From: Azolla caroliniana
Taxonomy: Eukaryota > Plantae > Polypodiophyta
Assembly (NCBI GenBank): GCA_043228905.1
Contig: JBHGNT010000017.1
Span: 12,462,001 to 12,526,000, forward strand
Direction of reading: 5' to 3'
DNA length: 64,000 nt
Part shown: piece by piece, positions 26,501 to 40,900 of the stretch
Numbering within the stretch: position 1 is the first letter of the stretch
How the letters are laid out: every line of letters starts with the position of its first letter
Program-made: the position numbers and the translations under genes
Notes under the pieces: generated by a model
Database searches by the model: none
What the model was told of the DNA's origin: nothing
The model's input: only the letters and a program-made list of their open reading frames with translations

Positions 26501-27584
26501 ACACACCGGATAAGACCGAAGAAGATCGAGGAAGGCGACTGGGTGTTGGTTTACGACAGCAGCCTTGACAACTAGCATAACGCGACGCGGAAATTCGCAC
26601 GGAGATGGTTCGCGTCCTACGTGGTGACGAGAGGAAACGAAACCACCACGTACCATCTCGTGGAGCTCGACGGAAAACGGATGGCGATACCGGTTGCGGG
26701 AAAACGGATCAAGGCGTTCAAGAAACAGTGCGAGGACGAGCCGGACCCGGGTTGCGAAGACGAGAGTAACGGCCCGAGAAGAGCAAACGAATGTGGGAAG
26801 CTCGACGGATCGGAGGACGACGAGTGACAAATGGACGGTTCTTTCCCATCTCTCTCTCTCTCTCACCACATACTAGTGGACATGCGGTTTGGTGGGGGTG
26901 GATGTCGTGGGGAAAACTGGCTACAAGAAGAAACGGAGACCAAAGGTGTGTGAACCGCAATGTCCACAAATGCACGAAAATTATAAACTATACTTGTATA
27001 TAACCTAGGACTAGGCTAGGTTGGCATGATGAAGGAAACTTTAATAGGACGAATAAATCGAAGTGAATCTCTGTCCAAAACGGCAGAGAAGAACTAGTTC
27101 ATGTAATAGCCCCCTGTCTATTTTGGTCTATAAAAGGAGGGAGAGAGGATTGAGTTATGGGACAGGGGATTGAGGAGAATGAAGTGTTGTCGGAATGGGG
27201 ACCGAGTGTTGTTCTTGGTTTCATTCTCTGTAGGAGCTCTTTACCAGATGCCTCTGTTCGTACTGGAAGCCCGTGTGCTCCTGATAGAGGCTCCACATTG
27301 TATCTCGGAGTCGGGTGTGTGCGTTGTTGGCCGAGTCGTGGCTCGGCTACTGGCGTGCTGGTTGTAACCAGTTTTTCTTAATTGATTGTGGTCCCCTTTT
27401 CTCGTCTAATTGTCTCTCGCGTCACTCTAGTTTTGTCCGAGCCGGATGAGCTTTGTGTTCACGACACCCAATGTCTTGCATGACAAGCTTTCATTTTTCC
27501 TCTCCCTCTTCTTCTCACGCTCTTTGGTCCAGGACCCCTGCAGTCCGGCCTTCATTTCTCACGCATACGCGTGGTTACGCGACA
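23600..27584 (+). mobile_element. Non-autonomous Trp-primed Gypsy (gag fused to INT; PR-RT-RH deleted)
   Basis: 5'-truncated LTR ~23600-24225 matches the 3' LTR 26903-27584. PBS TGGTGAACCCGGCGTG at 24231. gag runs to ~25870, then INT motifs (DLTNQVEG, EANGKIEGGH). PPT precedes 26903. Confidence 0.9.
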
Positions 27585-27589
27585 ACGTC

Positions 27590-30500
27590 TGTCCCGATTA
27601 AGTAGACCTTGTCAACCTTAACCGCCGAAACGATACCCCATACTTTGCACTTGACCTGGGCGTATCCTCGCTATTGCGATAATCCATCACTATGAGCAAA
27701 TCATGAGGTGGAACTACCGTGGTTATGGACTAGAAGGAATTAGTGCTCACCTATACAGTACAAGCAATATTGAAACATAAGACAAGGTGGGAGAAAACGT
27801 TCGTTTATTACAAAAGAAAATAGATTCTTGATAATTCTAGAATCATCTTACAATGGATTGGATATGAATATGAAAGATCATTCTAGAAAGAAAGGAGCCC
27901 CCAACCATGTAAGGAGTGGTCCGATATCAATATGAGAGATTATTCTTGAAAGGAAGGATCCAACCACCACGTAAGGAGTGGTCCAATATCAATATGAGAA
28001 ATTATTTATCCCCAAGGAATGGGGAGAGCCCCCAGAGGAAAAAAAGAAGATAGGAAGCTCTTCAAGACGTCCATCTTCCCATATCAACCCATTAAGCTAA
28101 TATTAAATAATTATTTTACTAGGTTTCATATCGTGTGTGAAGAACCACACGACATTCACCCCCACCAAACCTGCACATCCACTGATATGTGCCAATTGTG
28201 GTGAGGTTTCTATTTCAATTAATCTTTTTCCACTTCGATGCTTGAGGCTACCTCATTTAGAGCTTCAGTTTCAAGATTTGGGGCCTCTCTTCTCTTAAAG
28301 ATCTTGATTCTCTTTCTTGCAATTGGCAAATCAAGTGGTGTACCATCCAGTTCTACTAAACGATATGTTGCATTATCTTCCACTTTCTTCACCACATATG
28401 GTCCAAATCATCGTTCTGAAAATTTTTGAACCGTACTATGTTGGTTGTCTAGCCTACTGTCGTAGACCAGCACCCAATCTCCTTCAATGATTTTCCTCGA
28501 ACGAAGTCGATGTCATTTGTCGATGTCTTTCTTGTTCTTCAGCCTTGCATTCTTTAGTCGTGCTTTAGCCACTTCTATATATTCCAACTTCCGCTCCAAC
28601 TGTCAAATTTTGAATGCTAAAAGATCTTCTCTACTTATCTCATCTTGCCATGGCAATGCAAACCATGAAACAATACTTTGTTCCACTGGTATTATCGGCT
28701 TCTGTCCGAATATGAGCTCTGTCGGCATGTATCCCCTCATCGTGCTATGAGTAGTCCTATCAACCTACAATGCATATGCCAATAGACGCGGCCATTCTTC
28801 TATTTTCCCATAGCAAGATTTTACTAGAGCCTTCATAATCGGTCCCTGTGCACATTCCACATTCCCATTCACTTTTGGATTATACGCCGTAGTAAGAGAT
28901 AACTTGATTCCCATCCTTGGGAAGAATTATCTAGCTTCATTGGCATCCAGCTCGCCTCTATCAACCACTATCATGGCGCCACATCCATATCTGCAAATAA
29001 CATCTTCAAGAAGGAATCTGCATACTGATGATGTCTCCTTAGTTCCCCATGTTCACCCTTCAACTTGATTGGTAAGATCATCTCTCGCGAGCACACGATA
29101 CTTCATCTGCCATCGCCCCATCGGCATCATTACGATGTCCACCATCCACTTGTAATGCATAGCCAACGGGTAAGTCGGATGAAGTTCATCTCGATGGCGA
29201 ACATTCGAAAACATTTGACATTCCTTACATGTTTCCACATAAGCTGCTACATCTTTGTAGATGCCCGACCACCACTATTTCTGCTTAAGCTTCGCGAACG
29301 TGCCCATATTCCTCGATGGCTTGCAAAAACACTATCATGAAATTCAGACATTAGTTTTTGTCGGTCTTCCAGCTTGCAGACAACTCTCATAGAAGTCCCA
29401 TTCTTCTTTTTTACATGCCTCCAAAGAGATTCACCCTTATGGAAATACTTGTACACCTTCTTCCGAATTCGGTGGAAGTCTTTTGTCGACCATGATTCAT
29501 CTTTTTGGAGAGAACTCAAGTATTTCCCGATCTCCACGAATTTTCCTTCATATTCCTCTTCTATGAAGGTAGTCAACACCCGAGCGTAGGAACTTGGAAA
29601 GAAATCCAAGACAACATCCTCTTCATCAGAATGTCGATCTTCTTCTCCCTCGTATCTTGCTCATGATAGCATCTCTGCAACGACATTACGCTTCCAAACT
29701 ACTTGACAGATCTCTGGGTTGAGTGATTTGATATATGCAATCCAACCTAGCATGGCAATATCTGGCGTACTACAATAAGATATCATACCCAAGATTGGTA
29801 GGAAATCTGTCTCGATTATGACTTCTTCTCCAATAAGGTAGTCACGATCAGACTTGATCGCCGATACGATTCCCCATAGCTCCCTCTTCACTTGGGCATA
29901 CCTTCTTTGCCTATCACTTAACACTTTTGCGCCAAACCGAATTGCATATTGATTGCAATCTTCGTCTTCTTGGTTGATAACCCATCCAATTCCGGTCGGA
30001 CTAGTATCCACGGTCACGAAAATGCGCTTGCCATTTGAATAGTCCGCCTTCCGTAATGCAGGTGCCTCCATCAATAATTTCTTCAACCTTCGGATGGTGA
30101 AAGTATGCTCACTCGCCCATTCGAACCTCCGCTTCTTCTTTAGTAGACCGTATAATGGCTTAGCAATGTGGGTGTAGTGCGGAATCCAAATATGATCAAA
30201 CACGCATGCTCCAAGGAACCTTTGAACCTCCGTTTGGATTACGCATTCTTCTTTGATGTGTTGGATCGCATTCACGTTGGATGGCGAAGGCTTCCGACCA
30301 TATGCTCCACACAAGTGACCTACCACCAAGATCTTTGGTTGCCCGAATGCGGATTTTTCTCCTGAAAATGTCAAATTCACATCTTTGAGCCTTTGGAGTA
30401 CCTTCTCACAATCTTTCATATGATCCACGACGAACTTTCTGTATCCATCCTTATCTTTTAATTCATCCCTTTCCTCATCCGAACATCCCTTTATTGGAAT

Positions 30501-33500
30501 GTCATCCAAGAATGGCATCGTGATGCCCGGGATGCAATCCTTCAAGACCTTGTTCATGGCATTCACCATATGAGCCACTGAGTTCGTTGCACCTTGAGGT
30601 AAGGTACACATCCGCACAAGCCCGATCGGAGTCCTCGTGGTTGTAATGTCACGACTGTTGACCGCCAATTGGAATTGATCATATCCAGAGTAGAGATCGC
30701 CAATGGAGTAGATGGACCGGCCCGCAAACGCCTCGTTAAATTCATCCACACTCGGACCGATTTTAGCATTCCGAATTGTCACCTTGTTGATGGGTTGAAG
30801 ATCTTGGATGAATCGCAACAATCCATACTTCTTCGGCACCATGAACTACCTATAATATAAGGAGTGTTCGACAGTTCCAAAATTCCCATATTCACCTTCT
30901 CCTTTAAGAGCTCAATTAGCTTCGGTAGGTGTGCTCCCGGTACCAGTATAGGTTTCAAATTCCAAGGTACATGCGGCACCGTGAAGATCACCATCGGTTC
31001 TACCATCCTTGGGTCAGCACATCCGATTTCTTGTGGGAAAAATGTTAAAGCCTTCCCATGTCTTTCAAGCATTCCATGGAACATTTGCTCCTCTTTAGGA
31101 AGGAGGAAATCCTCCCTTCCAACTCATAGCTTTCCTTTCGTCTCTTTAGTGAAGATGTGACCTATTGTCTTCGGATTCCTTAAGCTTGGATCTTTTGCAA
31201 CTTCCTTTATCTTTTGTTATCTATCTTCTGGTAGCGGAACTGCAACTGGCTTGATCTTCCTATCCACCGTTTTATATTTTGTGTTGACTTCAGCTCCATC
31301 GAGATGCTTCGATGATATTCATCGATGATAGCATACATGTTGACGGAGTTAACCGAAATCACGTGTTGATCGTGAAGATAGCTCAAGTCCACGACTTCCT
31401 CGATTTCGCTGATGGTATCGTTAAATGAGGTTTCCTCCAGAATATGAGACACAAATTCTTCTTCTTCGATTATGCTTTCTTCTTTCAGCACCTTCTCGAA
31501 GTCTTGTATCCGATGCTTGTCCTTCTTGTTGAGCAGTGCTAGTTTACATGCGCCGCTAGGTGTGACTCATGTTGCATCTCCTTGCAATCCATGTACTCTG
31601 CTTCCTTGTGGGGACTTATGATTGCTCGGACTATTTGTGCCCCACGCTTCAATAGTCCACCCTAAAAATCCGAGGATTGGCCTCCAAGGCTATCTTGGTT
31701 CCTTTCGCGATTAGCCCACACCATCAGGAATTGAACAGATCTTTGATTGTCAAGGCTCTTGACTTGCGGGAAGGCTGCTTCATTATCAAACACCTTGGTC
31801 TCCATCCGGGACGATGTGATATACAGTTTTCCTAGGATGATAGGATACCAAGCCGAGTCTTGCACGAAAAAGTGTTGATCCATCTCCACATCCTCGATCG
31901 TGACTTTAACATTGGGGCAAGCTCCGTACAAGTCCTCCGTGGCCTTCTTTGCCGCCCGAATCTTCCATCCGTGGTTTGTATTAATCGGCCATCTTCCTTT
32001 CTTGTAGAACTCGGTCGACATGAGGTTGTTGTCCAAACCATGGTGAATCAAGGCTACCACGGTCTCTTTCTTCTTTCCCTGCGTTCCTCGTATTGTGACG
32101 CTTTGATGTGCCATCTTCTTCACTAGTTCTTAAGAGCTTCATAGTTGTCACACAACCTCCGCAAAGCTTGTGTTATCGTCGACTGGATCCGACCATTCGA
32201 TAACTCGGCGCACATTCCGACCGGCAAATTTTAGATCCTCTAAATTGATTTTGCCTTTCTTTTCGCACTCAAAGGCTGTTGGCCAAAACCCAGCTTGATT
32301 GTCTTTAGAGTCTCTCTTCCAACTTGTATCTCGGCCGATGCGGCATAGTGCATAGCTTCCACATACCTTGCATCTTCCTCTTCCACGATCTTTCTCAACC
32401 CGCCTCTTCCGAAGTTCACTCGTAGTGGCTTCCAGGTTTCGCTCAAATGAATCATGTTGCCGTCCAAATAGATGACATTCTCGCGAATTGCATCTTGCAA
32501 GTCAATGCACTCCCTTCGCGAGTGCTCGAAGCTGTCGCACCACACACATCTATACGCTTCTTTTCCCTTGGGCCCGCGTCGACCTAAGTTGGTCAGCGAT
32601 ACTACTTCAAACTTCTTGGAGAGCTCTTCAATTATAGAGTTCTCCATCACTTTCTTGTCGAAATTGTTGATCGGCTTGTTAGACTCGACTGTCTCAAGTG
32701 CCTTCCTCCTCTACGATCGTGGATTCTCCATATCAGTTTCCTCTTGCCATTGCCCACGCTTATCGAGACAGCCTCAAGCCTTCTTCATCGCCGCCCAGTC
32801 CGCTACCAAGCCATTTGGTTGTGTTTCGTCCTCCAAAAAACAACCCAATTCTCGTCGGTCTTTCCTATCCACCGCGTTCAGGAATAACAGGACTTTATCT
32901 CCATCGAGAACTCATTGATCAGCACTTGGAAGTCGGTTGTACTTCTAGTCGAATTCTCCATATACTCCCGACACACACAGATTTTTCCCTTTCTTCTCAA
33001 TCCAAATCATTAGCGTATGGAGAGTCATCCGTGATGCGTCTTCAAGCATGTATTCACCAAGAAGCTCCTTTTCGAACTCCGCCCAAGTTGTGTGCTTGTT
33101 TTGGATCTCCATGACGCGCTCACGGATCCCTGGTTCTACCACATGTTTGAAGCTAGAAATGTTTTCGAGATCGTTGACATCCCTCTCTGCATCTCGTTCT
33201 GATAGGTAGCAAGGAAATCCGTGATGTTCTTGTCACCAAATTGTCCAGCTATCTCGACTATTCGATCAACAGCTTGGTTGATTAAAGCTTCTCGATCTCT
33301 CACCTTTAGCGTGTATTCCATGACAGACACCATGCCTTTCGTTAATTCCTCTCCTGGAGTTCTGCTTGTCGAAGCCATCGTCGCACTTGATATCCTCCCT
33401 ACCACCTCTTCACATCGAGGTCACCACTTAATTATGTCGCGATAATCTGTCACTACGAGCCGATCGTGAGGCGGAACTATCGGGGTTATGGATTGGAAGG

Positions 33501-33921
33501 AATTAGTGATCACCCATACAACACAAGCAATATTTAACCATAAGACAAGTAGGCGGGAGAAAACGTTCGTTTCTTGCAAAAGAAAATAGATTCTTTATAA
33601 TTCTAGAATCATGTTACAATGGATTGGATATGAATATGAAAGATCATTCTTAAAAGAAAGGAGCCCCCAACCATGTAAGGAGTGGTTTGATATGAATATG
33701 AGAGATTATTCTTAAAAGGAAGGAGCCAACCACCATGTAAGGAGTGGTCCGATATCAATATGAGTGATTATTTTTCCTTAAGGAATGGGAGAGAGCCGCC
33801 AGAGAAAAAGAAGAAGAGAGGGAGCTCTTGAAGACATCCATCTTCCCATATCAACCCATTAAGCTAATATCAAATAATCATTTTACTAGTTTTCATATCG
33901 TGTGTGAAGAACCACACGACA
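27590..33921 (-). mobile_element. Full-length decayed Trp-primed Gypsy
   Basis: LTRs 27590-28154 and 33435-33921. Degenerate Trp PBS at 33411-33426, PPT at 28155. gag CVWCDSFEHSRREC, PR, RT MPFLDD, RH and INT. Flanks ACGTC/ACGTG. Confidence 0.92.
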
Positions 33922-34922
33922 ACGTGTGCCGTTCTCATCTTCCTGATTTATGACCCATGCGATTCCAGTCAGGCTGGTGTCTACCGTGATATAAACCAGA
34001 GTGTCCGGTTTGTATACAACTTTCTATAAAGCTGGTGCAGTTGTAAGCATTTGTTTTAGTCTCTGGACCACCTTTATGTGCTCTTCAGCCCATTCGAAAT
34101 TCTTGCCTTTCTTCAGCAAGCCGTAAAGTGGCTCAGTGACATGCGCGTAGTGCGGTATCCAGATGTGGTAGAAGGGGCATGCTCCCAAGAAACGTCGGAC
34201 CTCTATGACGGATCCACACTTCTCTTTCCTTACCGAGATGGCCTCTACCTTTGCCGGGGACGGCCTTCGACCATACGGCCCGCACAGGTGGCCGACCATT
34301 AAGATCTCTGGTTGTTCGAAAACCGATGTCTCCCCGGAGCAGGTAAGTTGAGCGCCCTCAAACCTCTCCAGTAGCTTCTCGTAGTCGGAGATGTCATCCG
34401 CGACAAAGCTTCAACATCCATTTGCTCCGGTCGACTCGGCCTTCGTGTCTTCCAGACACCCCTTTATAGTAATATCATCCAGGAATGGCATGGTGATGTC
34501 TGGGATGCAGTCCTTCAATACTTTGTTCATTGCATTCACCATGTGTGACACCAAGTTGGTCCCTCCTTGCGGCAGGGTACACATCCGAACTAAGTTGAGA
34601 GGGGTTCGCATCGTTGTGATGTCCCTGCTTTCGACGGCTAGCTGGAATTGATCATATACCCCGAGTATAGATCTCCGACTGAGTATATGGACCTCCCGAC
34701 GAAGGCTTGGTGAATGGTCTGACCGAGTATATGGACCTCGTCGATCGGAGGTCCGACTCCTGTATTGCGAATGGTCACCTTATTGACCGGTTGCAAGTCC
34801 TGAATGAAGCATAGCGTGCCATTCTTGTTTGGTACTATAAACCACTGGTTGGAGTAAGGGGTAGTCGATGGTTCGGGGATGCCCAACTCCACTTTCTGCT
34901 TAAGAAGCTCCATCAACATCAG

Positions 34923-37900
34923 TGTAAGAGAATACGTTGTGCGGAAGCAATAGAAAACCGAATAGAGAAAACATAGGTTTAATGGAGAGCTTAGAATATA
35001 CACAATACGCGAGAGACACAGAGAATGAGCAGAACATTAATAATCTATTACCAACAATAATAGTTCTCTCTGTACATAAAACGTGCTCAACAACACTATT
35101 TATACAAGTCCTAAGAGAACTGACTAAAGTACCGCATACTTCAATGCTCACTCGAGCGTCTGACACTAACTCCGAGAATATTAACTACCTAGTAGTCTAG
35201 GCTACTACTAGGCTTCCGGTTATTGTTTGATCCAGCTAACTGACTCCCTAGCTCACCGACTCACCGATCCGGCTCAGGCTTATTTAGCCGATCTGGATCC
35301 GGTTGAACTTGCCACTCAACACTCCCTCTCAAGCTCAACATGAGGTCGGATCGTAGTGTCAGTCTCCATGGCCCCCGGTCACTTCGCCTCACTCGCACTC
35401 CTCGTCTGGTTTGGTCCCGTTTGCCGCAACCCCTCTAGTTCTGCGCACCTCGACCTCCTCGGTTGGTTTGTTTGCTCAACAGGCCCAATTCAGCTCCCTC
35501 GCTACTGTGACTTCGGCGCATGCCGGTTCGCCGATTCCTTCGTGTTGGCGTCGAATTTCGCTGCCTTCTCGTCCTCTTGGCCTTGAATTGATCTGGTTCT
35601 TCCGAATCCGTCTATTGAACCGAATCGGCTGTCTCCAACTCGTTCTAGCTCTTGTCCAAATCGGTCTCTCTCAATTCGTCTTCCGGTTCGAGGCCCTTCA
35701 CCACATCGGATCATGTCCGGGTCTTGGCCGTCTTCTTTCGGTCGGCTTTGTCCTTCTTGACTCTGCCGCCACTGCCGCTTGTTCCAACTTGTTCGGATGT
35801 GTCAACTTCCTTTGTCGACTCGGCTCCTTTCTTGTCCTTGTCTCTCCCCTTGTCAGTTCTTCCCTTATTGGCGCAATCGACAGTCTCTTTGCCTTTGCCC
35901 ATTCTCCCCCTCAAGTGTGGCAAGTCAAGATGCTGAACACCAAGCATTTCGGTGAAGTGCTGCAACTTGTCCGATCCGAGCGGTTTGGTGAAGATGTCGG
36001 CAACTTGCCGATCCATATGAACATACCGAAGTTCGACTTCACCGCTCAGGACATGCCCACGCACGAAGTGGTAGTGCACTTCTATGTGCTTTGTGCGAGC
36101 ATGGAATACGAGTTTATTGGCGAGCTACATGCTGCTTATGTTGTCGCAGTAGATCAAGAACGGGGTCGGCACTTCAATCCACAGGTTTTGTAGCAGTGGC
36201 CGAAGCGAACTGGCTTCACAGGTGGCAATGGTAGTGCCTTAGTATTTAGCCTCAGTGCTCGAAAGAGCCACTATTGGCTGCTCCATGCAACAGCCGCGTT
36301 ACCAAAGGAAAACATATAGCCAGAGGTGGATCGGCGATTCGATGCATCGCCGATGCAGTCGGCATCGGTGTAGCCGACTAGCTCTTCGGTTGTACCATGC
36401 CGGTATAACAGTCCTCGTTCCTTCGTGCCGCTCACATATCGCAAGATCTGATGCGCGTACAGAAGATGCTCTACGGTCGGCTTCTGCATGTATTCGCTGA
36501 TCACGCCGACCGGATAACTGATATCGGGTCGTGTGATTGTCAAATATATAAGGCTTCCGATGATTTGTCAGAACCGCCACTCATCGCAGGCCGGTCGGAA
36601 GTCGGGACAGAGCTTCTGGTTCCGGTCCAAGGGTATGGAGATCGGTCGGCATTCCGTCATGCCGAACTTGTATAGCATATTCAACCCATAGTGTCTTTGT
36701 GAGAGCAATATGCCGTCGGGGGCTCGGATCACGTTGATCCCAAGGAAATAGTGAAGGGCCCCCAAGTCCTTCATCTCAAATGCGTTCGACAGCTGGGACT
36801 TGACTCGACTGATTTCATCGAGTCCGGGTCCGGTGATGACTAGATCATCAACATATAGTAAGATGCAAACCGAACCGTCCGGACCTTGCCAGATGAACAA
36901 CGAAGAGTCAGACGTGGAGGCCGCAAACACCATCTTATGCAACCGGTGCATGATCTTCACATTCCAAGCTCGGGGGGCTTGTTTCAGGCCATAAAGTGAC
37001 TTCTTTAGCCAACATACCGCCGACTTGTTCATTTCCGACTGGAAACCGGGGGGTTGGGTCATAAAGATGTCTTCTTCAAGATCGCCGTGAAGAAATGCAT
37101 TCTTCACGTCCATTTGGTGAAGATGCCACCCCCTTGCCGCAGCAACCGCCACCTTGGTCATGTACGCATAGTGATGTGCCATGTACTCATTGTACCTGTA
37201 CCGCGTCACGAGGTTTCACTGGCAGGAAGATCGGCGTAACTTATCGTTACCCGGTTTGGGGCCCTTCTTGGCCGGTCCGGACTTCGTTCCCGAAGATCCG
37301 CCTTCATCCTTTCCGGAGTTAGATTTGCTCCGATCCGACTCATCGTTGCCGGTTTCGTATTCTGGCATCTTCTTCTTCCCCTTCTCTTTGCGCGTTGTTC
37401 AGCGGCAAGCTCAACTAGAGCCGGATTGGCTGGATAAGCCTGAGCCGGCAAGCGAGACAGATTGGTAAGCCGTCAAGCAACAGAGCCGGTTAGCCGGATC
37501 CAATCGGTAACTGGAAGCGTAGTATTAGTTTAGACTACTAGGCAGTTATAGTCTTGTAGTAAGTGTTAGATGCTCGTGTGAGCATTGAAGTACGCAGTAC
37601 TTTTGTCAGTCCCATGAGGACTTGTATAAATAGTGGTACTGAGGATAGTTGTATCTACAGAGTGTTTATATCGTTTTTGAATATAGCTTTTACGTTCTGC
37701 TCTCTCTGTCTCTCCCGCGTACTCTGTGTATTCTCTGCTTTTCTCTGTTTTCTAACGCTTCCACAAGTAATCGTTTACATGGTATCAGAGCGCGAGGGTT
37801 GAGAACCTTTGCAGCCGACAAACACTTGAAAGCAAGCCCTAACAACTCGTAAGAACAGCAGACAGAGAAGTGATGGGTAGAGGAATGGTTTAGCTCACTC

Positions 37901-40900
37901 CCTGTGGAGAAACTCGACAGATCCAACTACGCATCTTGGTCGTACAAGATGCACCAGTACCTGCTTGGGCATGGCTACTCGAGTTTCGTCGAAGGAGCCA
38001 GCAAAACAACACTTGATGCGACACATAAGGATTTCCCAGTGTGGGAACAATCGGCAAGCAGAGTGATGTACTGCTTCGCGTCCAGTGCCGAAAACCAGCT
38101 GCTGAGCCACATCCGAGACGCCAAGATGCCGAAGGAGGCTTGGGGAAACCTGAAGAAGGTTTTCCCCCACAAGCACTATAGCCCGAAAGCTGCAACTCCG
38201 ACAGGAGTTGAGCAATGTCCGATAGAAGGACATATCGGTGGCGGATTACACGGCCCGGATCAAAGAGATTTGTGACTCGCTTGCCTCTATCAACATTACC
38301 GTAGAGGAAGACAAGATGGTACAGGTCTGTCTTGGGGGCTGGCGTCTAAGTTCAGAGCGTTCCGAATGGCGGGTTGTAAAACGGAGAATACGCCGTCATT
38401 TTTCGACTTACAGTCCATGCTCCTTGTAGAGGAGAACCACACCGGTGTGCCAACTAGCGCACCCATTGACAACCGGATGCTGTACACGGAAGCAGATCGG
38501 TCCCGTGGGCGTGGTGGACGAGGCGGGTCGGCACGCAATGGAGGCAGCCGACAATACTAGGAGCAAAGGCACAAAGAACGTGTCGAGAGCAGTTCCGGGA
38601 GCAGGGGGAGTCATGGCGGCACTGGAAGACGGCAAGAGAATGCTGGTGGTACTGTGGCAAAAAGGGCCACAGAGAAAGCCAGTGCTAGAGAAAACATGCC
38701 GATTCGGACAAATCCGGATCCGGCAAGGCTAGCAAGGATGGCCGGCAAAGCTCGCACTACGCGAAGGAATCAAGAGGATCCAAGAACGGTAACGGGCCAG
38801 CCTTGGTGATGAAGCACGAGGCGAACTCGATGAAGAAGACCACTTCCAAATCCGAGGAAGTGTGGTATGTTGATTTTGGTGCGTCGAACCACATGACGAG
38901 CCACAAAGAGTGGTTCTCCTTCTTGGAGAAACCGGATCAACCAGGAGTAGTCGAAACCGGAGACGACACTCCTCACCCAATTGTGCAAGTCGGAGATGTC
39001 CCTTTGAGCCATGTCGGACAAAAGGCAAAGCTAATGAACGTATTACACGTTCCGACAATCACGAAGAACCTGATGTCGGTCGGACAGATCGTTGACCAGG
39101 GGATGCAGGTGCGGTTTACGCACTTTGGGTACTTCATCGAGGAAGAGGGCCAGATTATTGCGCAAGGGTGCAAAGACGGGAGGATGTTTATCCTCGACAC
39201 TAATGACGTCGGCACCGCTCTGTTTGCAAAAGCTTGACCTTATGCATTCTGATGTGTGGGAACTGGCACAGAATGTTAATCTTGGTGGGAATCGATATTT
39301 CGTCTCCTTCATCGACGACTATACGCGGCACACATGGAACGGGAATTGGAGAGGAAGATCAAATGCCTGTGATCGGATGGCGGAAAAGAATACTTTTCTA
39401 GCCAATTCAACAGTTATCTGCAGCAAAAGGGAATTTAGCGAGAGTTCAGCTGCAGATACACACCACAACAGAACGGTGTTGCCGAAAGGAAGAATGGATC
39501 GCTTATTGATGCGGCAAGGGAAATGCTGGAGGAGAAGAGCATGCCCAAATTCTACTGGGCGGAGGCAGTCCGAACGGCTGTCTACATCCAAAACCGGATC
39601 GGTGACAAGGTGTCAACTCACGAGCTGTATTTCGGATGCAAGCCGGATTTGAGACACCTTAAGATCTTTGGTAGCATTGCATATGTGCATGTACCGGATG
39701 AGAAGCGGAGGAAGCTGGATGCAAAATTGGAAAAATGCATCCTACTCGGTTATGCTCAAGAGCAAAAGGGTTATAAGTGTTATAACCCCCAGACAAAGCA
39801 GGTCAGAGTTAGTCGAGATGTTGAGTTCGATGAATCGGCATCATGGTATTCCTTACCGACTCCGACTTCCGATTCCGACCTGATGCCGGTGGAGGAGGCT
39901 AGTGAGCTTGAACCGGCCCAGGTAGAGGATGATGAAGCATGAACTCAGGATGAGAGTCCGGAATCGTTCCGGTTGAGCGGGCTGAACGAGAGACTGAGTC
40001 AATCTGACCAGTCCGATGAGGAACCGGCGAGTAGTGGAGACTCTGTCGTGCACTCCCCATGTAAGGAACCGAGGAGATGGTTCACGCGCAAAGAGAAGGA
40101 GAAGAAGAAGATGCTGCAATTCGAAACCGGCAACGATGAGTTGGATCGGTGTGCACCCGACTTCGGCAAGGAGAAAGGCGGATATTCGGCAACAAAGACC
40201 GAACCAGCCAAGAAGGGCCTCAAACCGGGTAACGGTGAGTTACGCGAGTCCACCCGCTAGAAGGATCCTATCAAGCGATATTGGTACAATGAGTACATGG
40301 CGCATCACTATGCGTACATGACTAAGGTGGCGGAAGTGCGTGAGCTAGAGAGCTACACAGAAGCGGCATAGGACGCCAATTGGCGTGCACTGAGGAAGAA
40401 ATGCGGGCACTTGATGTCAACGAGACCTGGGACTTGGTTGATGCACCGAAGGGTGTGAAGCCGATCGGATGTAGGTGGGTGTACAAGGTCAAGTACAACA
40501 CTGACGGCTCGGTCAACCGATACAAGGCCCGATTAGTGGCAAAATGCTATGCGCAAAAACACGGCATCGACTACGATGAGACGTTTGCGCCGGTCGCGAA
40601 GATAACGACCGTCCGTTTTTTGCTCGCGGTAGCCGCAGCCAAGGGGTGGCATCTTCACCAGATGGATGTGAAGAATGCGTTTCTTCAGGGTGATCTTGAA
40701 GAAGAAGTCTTTATGACTCAACCCCCCGGTTTTCAATCGGAGATGAACAAGTCGGCGGTATGCCAGCTGAAGAAGTCTTTGTATGGCTTGAAGCAAGCCC
40801 CTCGCGCTTGGAATGCGTGGTAAGGCTCAGCCGGTCCGATATGTATCCTGCTGTATGTTGATGATTTAGTCATCACCGGACCAAGTCTTCTAGAAGTCAA

